Shown here piece by piece: positions 1-11,618 of a stretch of 64,000 nucleotides of DNA; the first letter of the stretch is position 1; the number at the start of each line of letters is the position of its first letter. The stretch is taken from contig NC_135808.1 in assembly GCF_964213995.1 (NCBI RefSeq), forward strand, positions 50,468,001 to 50,532,000. The letters run 5' to 3'. The DNA is from Mustelus asterias. Lineage: Eukaryota. The notes under the pieces were generated by a model. The model was not told the DNA's origin. It searched no databases and saw only the letters and a program-made list of their open reading frames with translations. The translations under genes were made by a program, and so were the position numbers.

Positions 1-146
1 GAATCCAATCTTCTGCAGATGTGTCATTGATTGACAGACCAAGCAGCCAATCAGGACAATCACTTGGTGAAATGCAGCCAATCAGCTGATGGGGAGGTGG
101 GACGTTTCCAAAGCACTCACCAGACAGAAACGGAATATTCTTAATG

Positions 147-235
147 TTTATTACCTTTTACACATTGACATTGACAGAAAAAACAGCCCAGCCAGAGGAA
201 GCTGGAGAAATTCACAGGGAGAATGGAGGTTTATT
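147..235 (-). terminator. Two AATAAA polyadenylation signals 3' of C (cluster A)
   Basis: tttatt at 230-235 and 147-152, mirrored in cluster B. Confidence 0.6.
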
Positions 236-667
236 AAAACACTTGTGGAGATTTTCTCAATAACATGAGAATCCTGTCCCTTTAAACAGTGACTAAAGCT
301 TCAATTGTAACTGCAGGGTGAGCAGGAAGGAGGTCTGGTTTACTGAAGCAGACACTTCACAGGGTCACATTATTATTGTACAGCTGACACTCTTCAGCAT
401 CTTCCAGAGGTTGTACTTGTTATCACGAGTCTGCACTGTCCCCATCAAACTCTCCCAGGACAGTAACACCACAGGGTTAAATACAAAGTAAAGCTCCCTC
501 TACACTATACCAATAACGTGCTTTAACCCCTGACCCTCAGAAGTGTCTCAGACCCAGTCCCGAGGAGGAAGAGAGTTGTAATTCAATGCTGATAATGACC
601 TTTGCCCTCCCAGCTCACCCCTGTTCTATTCCAAGTTGTGCCTCCTCTGTGGACTGTCTCTAACACT

Positions 668-996
668 CTAGGCACATTCTGATCTACTGACGCTCTTGCT
701 GAGGGGCGAGGAGAGGCTGACGTGGGTGAGGGCACAGGAGAAGCGGGCGTTGGACTCCCAGTCGGAGCCAGAGAGGGTCAGCAGGCTGCTGACGCTGTAG
801 GTGTTGTCTGAAGCTCGCAGGTAGTTGCTGGTCTGAACCCCGTTGGAAATGGCTGCACCATCCTTCTTCCACTTCACCTCCACCTCATCGGGATAGAAGT
901 GATTGGCAAGGCACACCAGGGTGGCAGTGCCCTTGTTCTTGACCTCCTCCGGGGAGGGGGGCAGCAGGGTCAGCGTGGGTTGTGAATTCTCACGGG
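668..996 (-). CDS. IGKC: Ig light chain kappa-type (type III/NS4-like) constant exon, cluster A
   Basis: Acceptor tctttcag|CC, phase 1. Translates (T)RENSQPTLTLLPPSPEEVKNKGTATLVCLANHFYP...W...FSCALTH...RSECA*, a C1-set domain with both cysteines, the Trp and the penultimate inter-chain Cys. The ORF track start at 916 is not the real start. Confidence 0.96.
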
Positions 997-2399
997 CTGA
1001 AAGAGAAGAGAAGGAATTTTAATCACTGCCATTTTCAGGCTTTCAACTTCCCGAATATTGACTGGGATCAAATCAGTGTCAATGTTTCGATGTTGCAGAA
1101 TTCTGAAAATCCATTCCGGGGGAAATTTTTTAACCAGCACGGAACAATCCCAACAAGCGAAGGGGCAGTTTTGGGCAGTTTTATAGAATGAATCTCGGCA
1201 TGTGGAAGGTGTATCAGTGGGAGAGCATTTGGGTAATAGTGATCATAATACAGTTAGATTTAGAGTAGTTACGGAAAAGGGGAAAGATCGATCAAGAGTA
1301 AACGTTTTAAATTGGGAAAAGGCCAATTTCACGAAACTGGGATTTGCCAAAATGGAGAGGAAATAGCGACTTGAAGGTAAATCAGTGTCAGAGCAGTGGG
1401 AGGATATTCGAGCTGGAGATGGAGTTCAGAACAAATATGTTCACACAAAGCAATAGCGTGGGACATTGCAAGGAGGATAACTAAGGAATGAATAGGGCAG
1501 GTCAGAGAGCAACAAGGTAACTTGTGTGTGGAGGGAGAAGACACGGTGATGGTTCTTCATGAATAATTTACATCAGATATCACAAATGAGAGGGATAAAG
1601 CTAACATTGTAGTTCAGGAGGAGAGGGATTGTGAAATAATCAATGGGATAATGATAGTGTGGGAGGAGATATTAATGTGCTTATCATCTTTGAAAGTGGA
1701 AAAATTCCCAGGCCCGGGTGAAATGTATCCCAGGATGCGAAGGGAAGCACGGGAAGAAAAAGCAGAGACTCTGACCATTATTTTCCAATCCTCTCTGGCT
1801 ACAGGTGTGGTGTGGGAGGACTGGAGGACGGATAATGCTGTTTAAAATTACAGGCTGATGGGATTCAAGGGAAAGTGGCACGTTCGATTTCAAATTAGTT
1901 CAGTGTCTGGGGGTAAAGGTTTGATTTGAAGCTGGTTAAATCATTTTGCATATATAAAGAAAGTTACAACAAATTCAGCACTGAAATGGTTAATAATGAG
2001 AGTATTTAAAGACACAGTGTCCCTTTAAGAGACTGTTAACCAGTCAGGAAGCTGGAACTATTGTTCAGTCTGTCTGGGGGATACAGGTTGAGCATCAACA
2101 AACCTCAGATCACACACAGATCAGGAGAACTTTATCCCAGAACATTGCAGCAGACTTGGATCAACACACTTCACACAGCATTCTGATTGGCTGTCAGTGT
2201 AGAAGCTTCCAGATTTCATTTCAAACCTTACCCCCAGCACTTGGCTGAGGTCAAGGGTGAGGTTAGAATTAGTCTCAGTGTCCAGGGGTCAGACAGGGTC
2301 ACTGCTCCGAATGACCCCATGACCTCTGGAGGGTGTGAGTGTGTGGATAATGAGTGAGGGTTAGGATCAGGAATCTCCAACCTCAAAGACAGAATTACA

Positions 2400-2700
2400 T
2401 TTCTATAGCACCTGTCACCACCTCAGAATGTCCCAAAGTGTTTTACAGCTCATTGTGCACAGCAAGATCCCAGGGAGCAGAGTGAGAATGAACAGATAAG
2501 CAGATTTGTAGTGATGTTGATTGAGGGATAAATATTGACCAGTACATCGGGGTGAACTCCCCTGCTCTTCTTCCAAGGGTACCATGGAATCTTTCACACC
2601 CCCTGAGAGGACAGATATCAGTTTGTCTCATCTGAAAGACGGCACCTCTGACAGTGCAGCACTCGCTCAATACTGCACTGGATCTCAGCCTGGATGATGT
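2400..2700 (-). mobile_element. DeuSINE (SacSINE1-like) remnant
   Basis: Deu-domain-like gtctcatctgaaagacggcacctctgacagtgcagcact. Mostly absent at the mirror site in arm B. Confidence 0.6.
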
Positions 2701-3109
2701 GGGATTTGAGGTATCATTCTGTTTCTGTGGATTCTCTGCTGCTTTCAGTTGAATGAAGAGTGCAGGAGGACATGCCAGGAGCAACAGCAGACATACTGAA
2801 AAATGAGGAATGAGGCCACTTGGGGAGGGTGGAGCTGTTCCCCAGCCAGAGAGAGTGTCTTCAGGAGAGAGATGGAGAGCAGATTATGGGAAGCCTATAG
2901 TCTAGAGGGGGGACATTTAATCAGTCGCTGACAGGTGCTGAGCCCTTTCCCCATGAGGATTTTGGAAGTGGATGCGGAAAGTGGGAGGTGAACTAGAGAA
3001 ATGTCTTTGTTGCTGCTGAAACTCTTGCTATCTGCTCAGTCACATCTAATAAACACACAGACAAATCAGACAAACATCAGTCTGTTTCTGTGGATTCTCT
3101 GCTGCTTTC

Positions 3110-3960
3110 AGTTCAATGAAGAGTGCAGGAGGACACGGCAGGAGCAACAGCAGACATACTGAAAAATGAGATATTGACCTGGTGAAGCTACAACACAGGA
3201 CTGTGTGTCAAACAGCAGAAGCAGCAAGTGATAGACAGAGCTAAACCATCCCACAACTAATGGATCAGATCTAAGCTCTGCAGTCCTGCCACATCCAGCC
3301 GTGAATGGTGGGGGAAAATTAAACAACTCACTGGAGGAGGAGGCTCCACAAATATCCCCATCCTCAATGACGGAGGAACCCAGAACATCAGTGCAAAAGA
3401 TAAGGCTGAAGCACTTGCAGAAATCTTCAGCCAGAAGTGCCACGTGGATGATCCATCTCGACCTCCTCTGGAGGTCCTGAAGACGTGTGCTCCAGAACTT
3501 CCCGCGTCCCTAGCCAAGCTGTTCCAGTACATCTACAACACTGGCATCAACCCAACATTGTGATAAATTACCCGGTTATGAAATGTGCACAAAAACCAGG
3601 ACAAATCCAATCCGCACAATAACCGCCCCATCAGTCTACTCTCGATCATCAGCAATGTGATCTGAACATATCCAGAGCGATTACCAAGCAGCACTTACTC
3701 AGCAATAATCTGCTCACTGACACTCAGTTTGGGTTCCGCCAGGGTCACTCAGCTCCTGACCTCATTACAGCCTTGGTTCAAACATGGACAAAAGAGCTGA
3801 ACTCCAGAGGTGAGGTGAGAGTGACTGCCCTTGACATCAAGGCAGCATTTGACCGAGTGTGGCATCAAGGATCCCTCGCAAAACTGGAGCCCATGGGAAT
3901 CAGGGGAAAACTCTCCGCTCTTTGGAGTTATACCCAGCACAATGGAAGATGGTTGTTGTT
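3110..3960 (+). mobile_element. Non-LTR LINE fragment (same family as 34440-36950)
   Basis: VTALDIKAAFDRVWHQG reverse-transcriptase motif. Confidence 0.8.
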
Positions 3961-6460
3961 TGGGGTTTTATACTCTACAATCTATATTAATGAGCTGGAT
4001 GAAGGGAATGAGAGGAATGTCACTAAACGTGCTGATGATAAAATGAAAAGTAGAAATACAAGTTGTGAGGAGGATGCAGAGTCTGAAAAGGGATAGAGAT
4101 AGGTTCAGTGAGTGGGAAAACATTGACAGATGGAGTATAATGTGGGAAAATGTGAGGTTGTCCACTTTGGCAGGAGGATAGAGCAGAATACTAGTAAACT
4201 GGAGAGATTCTATCGAGTGATCTGGATGTCTTTCCATCCAGGAACAGCAATAAATTAGGAAGACAAATGGAATGTTGCTCTTCATTGCAATGAGGATGAG
4301 TATAAAAGTAGGGATGTTTTGCTGCAGCTGTACAGCACCTTGAGAAAATCACACCTGGAATATTGTGGACACTTTTGGTCTCCATACTTAAGGAAGGATA
4401 TAGTAGCATTGGAAAGAGTTCAGAGATGGTTCACGAGGCTGATTCCACTGAGTAATGGATTGTCTTATGAGGAAAGCTTGAGCAGGTTGGGCCGATACTC
4501 ATTGGAGTAGAACTTATTCCACCACCTCAGCACCAACTTCACCAGGGCAATTGGGGATGGGTGATAAATGCTGGTCTGCATAGAATCACAGAAAATAGGA
4601 ACAGGAGGAGGCCATTCGGCCCTTTGAGCCTGCTCCACTATTCATCATGATCATTTCTGATCATCCAATCAGTAGCCAGATCCTGTCTTCCCCCGCAAAT
4701 CCTTTGATCCCATTCACCCCAAGAGTTAAATCTAACTCCTTCTTGAAAACGTACAATATTTTGGCCTCAACTGCTTTCTGTGATAGTGAATTCCACAGGT
4801 TTACGCCTCTCTGGGTGAAGGAATTTCTCCTCACCTCAGTCCTAAAAGGTTTACCCCATATTCTCAGACTGTGACCCCTCAAACTGGACGCTCCCAGCAC
4901 TGGGAACATGCTTCCTGTATCTACCCTGTCTAGTCCTGTTGGAATTTTATTGATTTTTATGCGATCCCCCCTCATTCTTCTGAACTGCAGTGGGGGCAGC
5001 ACGGTGGCACAGTGGTTAGCACTGCTGCCTCACAGTGCCAGGGGGCTAGGTTCGATTCCCGGCTTGGGTCACTGTCTGTGTGGAGTTTGCACATTCTCCC
5101 CATGTCTGTGTGGGTTTCCTCCAGGTGTTAAGGTTTCCTCCCACAGTCCAAAAGGTGTGCAGGTTAGGTGAATTGGCCAAGCTAAAGTCTCCCTCAGTAT
5201 CCCCGAACAGGCGCCAGAATGTGGCCACATGGGGATTTTCACAGTGACTTCATTGCAGTGTAAATGTAAGCCTATTTGTGACTAATAAATAAACTTTAAA
5301 AAAAATATAATCTTAACCAACACAATCTCTCCTCCTACATCAATCCCACTATCGCAGAAATCATTCCAGTAAACCTTTGCTGCACTCCCTCTGTCGCAAA
5401 AACATCCTTCCTCAGATAAGGAGAGTAAAACTGTACACATTATTCCCAGTGTGGCCTCACCAAGGCCCTGTATTACTGCAGAAAGACAGAATTACGAGGG
5501 ACAGAGATAGGGTAGATATGAGGAAACTTTTCCCCTTAATCACAGAGGCAGCAGATTTTGAGGGACTTGAGGGAAATCTTTTCACCCAGAGGGTGCTGGG
5601 AATCTGGATCTCACTGCCTGAAAGGGTGGTGGAGGTGGGAACCCTCACAACATTTAAGAAGCATTTAGATGAGCGCTTGAAATTCCAAAGCAAACAAGGC
5701 AACGGACCAAATGCTGGAAAATGGGATTGGAATAGATAGGTGCTTGGTGGCCGGCACAGACATGGACAATAGAATCCCTGAAGTGCAGGCGGAGTCCATT
5801 CGGCCCATCGAGTCTGCATCGACTCTTACCCCATAACCCCATGTATTTACCTCACTAATCCCCCTCACCTGTTAGAATTTTATAGGTCTCCATGAGTTGC
5901 CTCCTTATTCCTCTGAACTCCGGTGAATATAAGTCTTAACCAACTCAATGTCTCCTCATTCATCAGTCCCATTATAACAGGAATCAGTTTGGGATACCTG
6001 CTCTGCACTCCCTCTGGAGCAAATATATCCTTCCTGAGATAGGGAGACCAAAACTGCGCACAATATTCCCAGTGCGGCCTCACCAAGGCCCTGTATAACT
6101 GCAGCAGGTCAGAATTATGAAGACATAGAGCAGATACGAAGAAACTTTTCCCCTTTTAGCAGCAGATTCAATAACCAGGGAGCATAGATTTAATCTCAGA
6201 AGCAGAAGATTTTGAGGGATTGGAGGAAAAACCTTTTCACTCAGAGGGTATTGGGAATCTGGAACTCACTGCCTGAAAGGGTGGGAGACACAGGAACCCT
6301 CACAACATTTAAGAAGTATTTAGATGAGCATTTGAAATTCCAAAGCATACAAGGCAACGGACCAAGTGCTGGAAAATGGGATTAGAATAGTTGGGTGCTT
6401 GAATGCCGGCAGAGACTGGATGGGCTGAAGAGCCTCTTTCTGTGATGTAAAACTCTTTGA
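3960..6460. mobile_element. Nested CR1/HER1-like LINE fragments on both strands
   Basis: HLEYC..FWSPYL.KD and FTQRVV..WNSLP motifs. Confidence 0.8.
4993..5295 (+). mobile_element. HE1-like tRNA-derived V-SINE
   Basis: ggcagcacggtggcacagtggttagcactgctgcctcacag head plus V-domain gtggagtttgcacattctccc. Confidence 0.85.
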
Positions 6461-7953
6461 CACTCTGACTGAGCCAAGATGGCCGAGAATGTAAAGTGAC
6501 CAGCTTCTGGAAAATTCCGATGTGGATTATATTTGACTGACCAGTCCCAAGACTAGTTGGAATGTCACACCTGAAGGGTGTCAGGGACTTCTTCAAACAG
6601 GAAATAGAAATGGAGATAGAAAAAATGCCGAAGACTGAAGTTTAATCTGCTGTGGTTACGGAAACAATGGAGACTTATTGTCACATCTCAGCAGACATCC
6701 AAAACCCATCTCCTGTTGAGTTATACCTCAGAATGTGGAAATAGTCTGAGTTCAAAGTAAACTGACTCGAGGGTGAAAGACATGTTTGTTTGTTACCTTT
6801 CAGGAAACAACAGGGAAATGAGTTAAAAATCCAACTGCACACCTGAGCTGTGTGTACTGGTGCGGGTGTGACAGAATGTGAGTTGAGACATTCCTCCGGA
6901 TGGTCCAGTTACCTCCCACAGTCCAAAGATCTGCAGGTTAGATGGATTGGCCATGCTAAATTACCCCTAGTGTGTCCTTTAGGTGGATTAGCAATGGTAA
7001 ATGCGCAGGGTTACAGGGATAGGGTGGGGAGCCTGGGGAAGAAGCTCTTTCAGAGAGTTGGTACAGATTCGATGGACTGAATCGCCTCCTTCTGCACTGT
7101 AGAGATTCAATGGCTAATAAAGGATTACGTGGACTGTGTAAGGTTTCCACGGGTGAAGGGATCCATTTTAAATGAACCTTGTTGTGACCAATCGAGGGCG
7201 GGGTTGAATAAGTCAGGGATCCAGCTGATTACTCCTCACCCAGGAGCAAAACAAAATTGGGATCCAGTTCAGGAAGTTAACAAATGAGGGACCTTGTCTG
7301 AGGACTGGTCACAACATGTACACAGCAAGATCCCACACACAGCAATGAGAACAATCAGCATTTTCAGTGATGTTGGATCCGGGATAAATATTGGACTGAA
7401 CTCGTCCCAAAGAGAAAGTAACTGAGAGTCTCCCCAAAAGCCTGGAACACTGAAGCCACTGGATTGTGAGCCCTGCTGTAGCTGTTTGTCATCAGAACTT
7501 TAGCAAGAGATAAGCAGGGAGTGGAGAGAGCAGAGTGAAAGCTGGGGGAGGTGGCACCTCGGTGTCTCACTGTGCTGGTGCTGTGATCAGTTATATCAGA
7601 GAGTGTGACAGGGAGTCCGACTTCACATCAAACTCTGCCTGTGTGTGTCACACTGAGACTGACAGGAGTCTAGAGAGTGATTTCACTCCATGCTGCAGGA
7701 ATGTGAGCACAGTCTGCAAACGTCCAGATCTCCTCCACACGGTGGGTAAAAGCTGCTTACTTATATCTTGCTGCTTAAAGGGGGGAATGGAAGGAAAGAA
7801 ATACAGCTGGGCTCCCTGTTCCACACAATGTTCTTCAATCAACCATTTCATTGACTGCAGCTCCCTCACCAACACCTTCAACTATTCAGCATTTGTGTTT
7901 GAGAAAGTTTCAGCATTGAAAGGGTTAATAACGGAGGATTGGGCTTTACTTAC

Positions 7954-7988
7954 TCAGTCTGAGTTTGGTTCCTTTACCGAACGTAAGG
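7954..7988 (-). CDS. IGKJ: Ig kappa-type J segment, cluster A (LTFGKGTKLRL)
   Basis: FGxG motif. Donor A|GTAAGT is phase 1 and matches the C exon. Confidence 0.96.
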
Positions 7989-8027
7989 CACACTGACAGC
8001 TTCCAGTGCAGGAGCTGTACAAAAACC
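7989..8027 (-). other. 23-bp-spacer RSS of J, cluster A
   Basis: CACACTG (7989-7995), 23 nt, ACAAAAACC (8019-8027). Confidence 0.95.
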
Positions 8028-8061
8028 TCTGCTCTCTGCCTCACTCACTCACTGACTCATC

Positions 8062-8375
8062 NNNNNNNNNNNNNNNNNNNNNNNNNNNNNNNNNNNNNNN
8101 NNNNNNNNNNNNNNNNNNNNNNNNNNNNNNNNNNNNNNNNNNNNNNNNNNNNNNNNNNNNNNNNNNNNNNNNNNNNNNNNNNNNNNNNNNNNNNNNNNNN
8201 NNNNNNNNNNNNNNNNNNNNNNNNNNNNNNNNNNNNNNNNNNNNNNNNNNNNNNNNNNNNNNNNNNNNNNNNNNNNNNNNNNNNNNNNNNNNNNNNNNNN
8301 NNNNNNNNNNNNNNNNNNNNNNNNNNNNNNNNNNNNNNNNNNNNNNNNNNNNNNNNNNNNNNNNNNNNNNNNNNN
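8062..8375. other. Assembly gap (314 N) in a GA/TC-type microsatellite between J and V
   Basis: N run. The mirror interval in arm B (40890-40979) is 90 bp of GA-rich repeat. Confidence 0.99.
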
Positions 8376-8550
8376 GTTTTGTCGGGAGAGTTGAGAATTC
8401 TAATTTGAGATGATGAATCTTTCAGCTGCTCTTCATATGTGGACATGGAGAGTAAGAGGGAAACTCGAGGCCTTCAGCGAGCGGTGGACACCACAGGGAC
8501 TGGAGTGTGTAGTGGACAGTGCAAATAATTTGTCCAGTTTCCTTTCTTGT

Positions 8551-9037
8551 CTTTATTATATATTATATAAAACTGTGGGATGTGTCAGTACAGGAGGTGG
8601 GACTGTGTGTCCATTATTATATATTATATAAAACTGTGGGATGTGTCAGTACAGGAGGTGGGACTGTGTGTCCATTATTATATATTATATAAAACTGTGG
8701 GATGTGTCAGTACAGGAGGTGGGACTGTGTGTCCATTATTATATATTATATAAAACTGTGGGATGTGTCAGTACAGGAGGTGGGACTGTGTGTCCATTAT
8801 TATATATTATATAAAACTGTGGGATGTGTCAGTACAGGAGGTGGGACTGTGTGTCCATTATTATATATTATATAAAACTGTGGGATGTGTCAGTACAGGA
8901 GGTGGGACTGTGTGTCCATTATTATATATTATATAAAACTGTGGGATGTGTCAGTACAGGAGGTGGGACTGTGTGTCCATTATTATATATTATATTAAAC
9001 TGTGGGATGTGTCAGTACAGGAGGTGGTGCTGTGTGT
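8551..9037. repeat. 61-bp minisatellite (~8 copies) in the V-J interval of cluster A
   Basis: Unit ctgtgggatgtgtcagtacaggaggtgggactgtgtgtccattattatatattatataaaa, near-perfect copies. Confidence 0.95.
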
Positions 9038-9042
9038 GTTGG

Positions 9043-9070
9043 GGTTTTTGTAAGGCTCTGTATCACTGTG
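9043..9070 (-). other. 12-bp-spacer RSS of V, cluster A (consensus)
   Basis: Minus strand reads CACAGTG, 12 nt, ACAAAAACC. V-12/J-23 is the kappa configuration. Confidence 0.97.
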
Positions 9071-9369
9071 TAGAGGGTAGCTGCTATATTGCTGACAGTA
9101 ATAATCAGCGACATCCTCATTCTGTACATTGCTGATTGTCAGGGTGAATCTTGTCCCAGATCCACTGCCGGTGAATCGGTCGGATATTCCTGTGAATCGA
9201 GTTGCTGCATTATAGATCAGCAGAGCCGGTTTCTGTCCTTCTCGCTGTTGGTACCAACTCACGTAACTGCTAACAGATTGACTGGCCGTACAGGTGATGG
9301 TGGCGGTCTGGCCCAGGCTCACTGACAGCACCGGGGGAGACTGGGTCATGATGATGTCTCCACTGATAC
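9071..9369 (-). CDS. IGKV: Ig kappa-type V exon, germline (unjoined), cluster A
   Basis: Acceptor ccctcag|GT. Open frame [27 protein letters not shown]...[10 protein letters not shown]...GSGSGT...[15 protein letters not shown] ends at the heptamer. Confidence 0.97.
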
Positions 9370-9555
9370 CTGAGGGGTAATAGAGAAACAGAGTGAAGTA
9401 AGAACTGTCACAGAAAGACGCTGTACAATGAGATATTGTTGGAGACACTGACTGTTCCTCTCCTTTCAGCATTTTCCCTTCAATCACAAGTCAGGAGAAT
9501 TGGATTGAAATGGAGAGCAGGAAAATATTCAAGGTGGAAGGAGAGAGATTTGTAC

Positions 9556-9604
9556 CTGCGATGCAGAATGCCAGAGGCCAGAGCAGCTGGATGGCTGAAA
9601 TCAT
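9556..9604 (-). CDS. IGKV: Leader exon, cluster A (MISAIQLLWPLAFCIA-G)
   Basis: ACCATG start, 49 nt, CAG|GTAC donor, phase 1 in frame with the V exon. Confidence 0.93.
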
Positions 9605-9659
9605 GGTGTGTGGTCGTGTCCCTGTGCCTGGTTACTGATAAACTCTCCCTTCACTGGGC

Positions 9660-9760
9660 TCTGCTTTATAAAGCTGCAGCCTGTCAGAGTCTCACTGCCT
9701 GTTCCTCAGTTTGTAAATGGTCTGACCCAGAGAAACCACGTCAGCACCTTTCACTTCCTC
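9660..9760 (-). promoter_or_regulatory. V promoter, cluster A: TATA, degenerate octamer, TGACGTGG, Ets-IRF composite
   Basis: TATAAA 9665-9670, ATTTACAA (6/8 match to ATTTGCAT), TGACGTGG, GGAAGTGAAA 9749-9758. Confidence 0.65.
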
Positions 9761-9959
9761 TTCTTCTCTCTCCCTCCCTCAGTCTCTGTCTCTCTCACTC
9801 TCTCTGTATCTGTCCATCAGTCTCTGCCCCTCTCTGTCTGTCTCCCTGTCATTCTCTCCTTGCCTTGCACCATTTCTGCTATCTCTCTTTCCCTACCGCT
9901 CTTTCCGTCTCTCTTCGTCTCTCTCTCTCTTTCTCGGTTGTCCCTCTGTCTATTCATTT

Positions 9960-10880
9960 CCCCAGAAGAGGCACCACCCTCCTGGTATCCACTCTGTCAG
10001 TCCCCTCAGAATCTGATATGTTTCAATAAGATCACCTCCCATTCTTCGAAACTCCAATGGGTTCAGGCCCAGCCTGTCCAACTTTTCTTCACAAGATAAC
10101 CCCTCACCCCATGAATGTGTCGAGTGAATCTTCTCTGAACTGCTTCCAACACAATGATATCCTTTTTCAAATAAGGAGACCAAAACTGTACACAGTATTC
10201 CAGATGTAGACTCACCGAGACTCTGTACAGCTGCAGTAAAACTTCCCTATTTTTATATTCCATTCTCCTTGCAATAAACACCAACATTCCATTTGTCTTC
10301 CTAATCACTTGCTGTAGCTGCAGACTAACTTGTTGTGGTTCATGTCCCAGGACAGCCAGATCCCTCTGTAGCACCGAGTTGTGCAATCTCTCTCCATTTC
10401 AATAGTTTACTGCTGTTCTATTCTTCCTGCCAAAGTGGACACCTTCACATTTACCCAGGATATACTCCAACTGTTTAGCCACTCACTTCTCCTGTCCCTA
10501 TCCCTTTGCAGACTCTCTACCCCCTCTTTATAACTTACTTTCCCACCTATCTTAGTGTCATTGGGACATCAGCTCCATTCACTCCCTTCATCCAAGTCAT
10601 TGATATGGATTGTGAATAGTTGTGGTCCCAGCACTGATTGTTCCAGAATTCCACTCATTACAGCTTCCCAACCCCAAAACAATCATTTATCCCCTCCCTC
10701 TTGTTTCTGTTAGTTAGCTAACCAATCCTCTATCAATGCTAATATATTGCCCACACACCATGACCTCGTATCTTGTGTGGTAACATTTGATGTGGTCATA
10801 TATTAAATACCTTTTGGAATTCTGTGTACATCACATCTACAAGTTCCTCTTTATCCACTTTGTGACTTCCTCAAAGGTGG
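9960..10880 (-). mobile_element. Degenerate CR1 LINE (mirror at ~38500-39500)
   Basis: LEYCVQFWSPYLKKD motif. Confidence 0.8.
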
Positions 10881-10914
10881 ACAATCACACATTTAGCATA
10901 AAGAAACTGCTCCT

Positions 10915-11210
10915 CGGGTGGTACAGTGGTCAGCACTGCTGCCTCATAGCGCCGGGGACCCGGTTTCAATTCCCAGCTTGTGTCACTGTCTGTGTGGAGT
11001 TTGCACCTTCTCCCTGTGTCTGCGTGGGATTCCTCTGGATGCTCCGGTTTCCTGTCACAGACGAAGGATGTACAGGTTAGGTGAATTCGCCATGCCAACT
11101 TCTCCCTCAGTGTACCTGAACAGTCGCTGGAGTTTGGTGACTCGGGAATTTTCACAGTAACTTCATTGCAGTGTGAACGTAAGCCTACTTGTGACTAATA
11201 AATAAACTTT
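10915..11210 (+). mobile_element. HE1-like SINE specific to arm A
   Basis: SINE head and V-domain; absent at the mirror site. Confidence 0.8.
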
Positions 11211-11243
11211 GCTTTTACTTTACATCCACCATGGTGTCCATGT

Positions 11244-11618
11244 CCCACTGGAGCCTCCAATAGGGACCAGTAAACATGGGCCTCCATCCCACTGGAGCCT
11301 CCAGTAGGGACCAGTAAACATGGGCCTCCTTCCCACTGGAGCCTCCAATAGGGACCAGTAAACATGGGCCTTCTTCCCACTGGAGCCTCCAATAGGGACC
11401 AGTAAACATGGGCCTCCTTCCCACTGGAGCCTCCAGTGGGGACCAGCAAACATGGGCCTCCATCCCACTGGAGCATCCAATAGGGACCAGTAAACATGGG
11501 CCTTCTTCCCACTGGAGCCTCCAGTAGGGACCAGTAAACATGGGCCTCCATCCCACTGGAGCCTCCAGTAGGGACCAGTAAACATGGGCCTCCTTCCCAC
11601 TGGAGCCTCCAGTAGGGA
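11244..11618. repeat. 44-bp minisatellite (~8.5 copies); a further partial unit at ~12503-12537 beyond a CR1 insertion
   Basis: Unit cccactggagcctccaatagggaccagtaaacatgggcctccat. Explains the repetitive ORFs at 11195-11668. Confidence 0.93.

Noticed and set aside
4993-5070. tRNA gene-like A/B boxes
   Set aside because: Heads of HE1-type SINEs followed by the V-domain, not tRNA genes
7965-8446. ORFs with X runs
   Set aside because: Artefacts of the N gap
8551-9037. Regular repeat arrays (also 11244, 32881, 38089, 40115) as CRISPR arrays
   Set aside because: Contiguous tandem units with no unique spacers, no cas genes, and vertebrate context
9436-10099. Long antisense ORFs over the leader and promoter (and mirrors 39431-40136)
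   Set aside because: Open only because of CT-rich low-complexity sequence; no domain features
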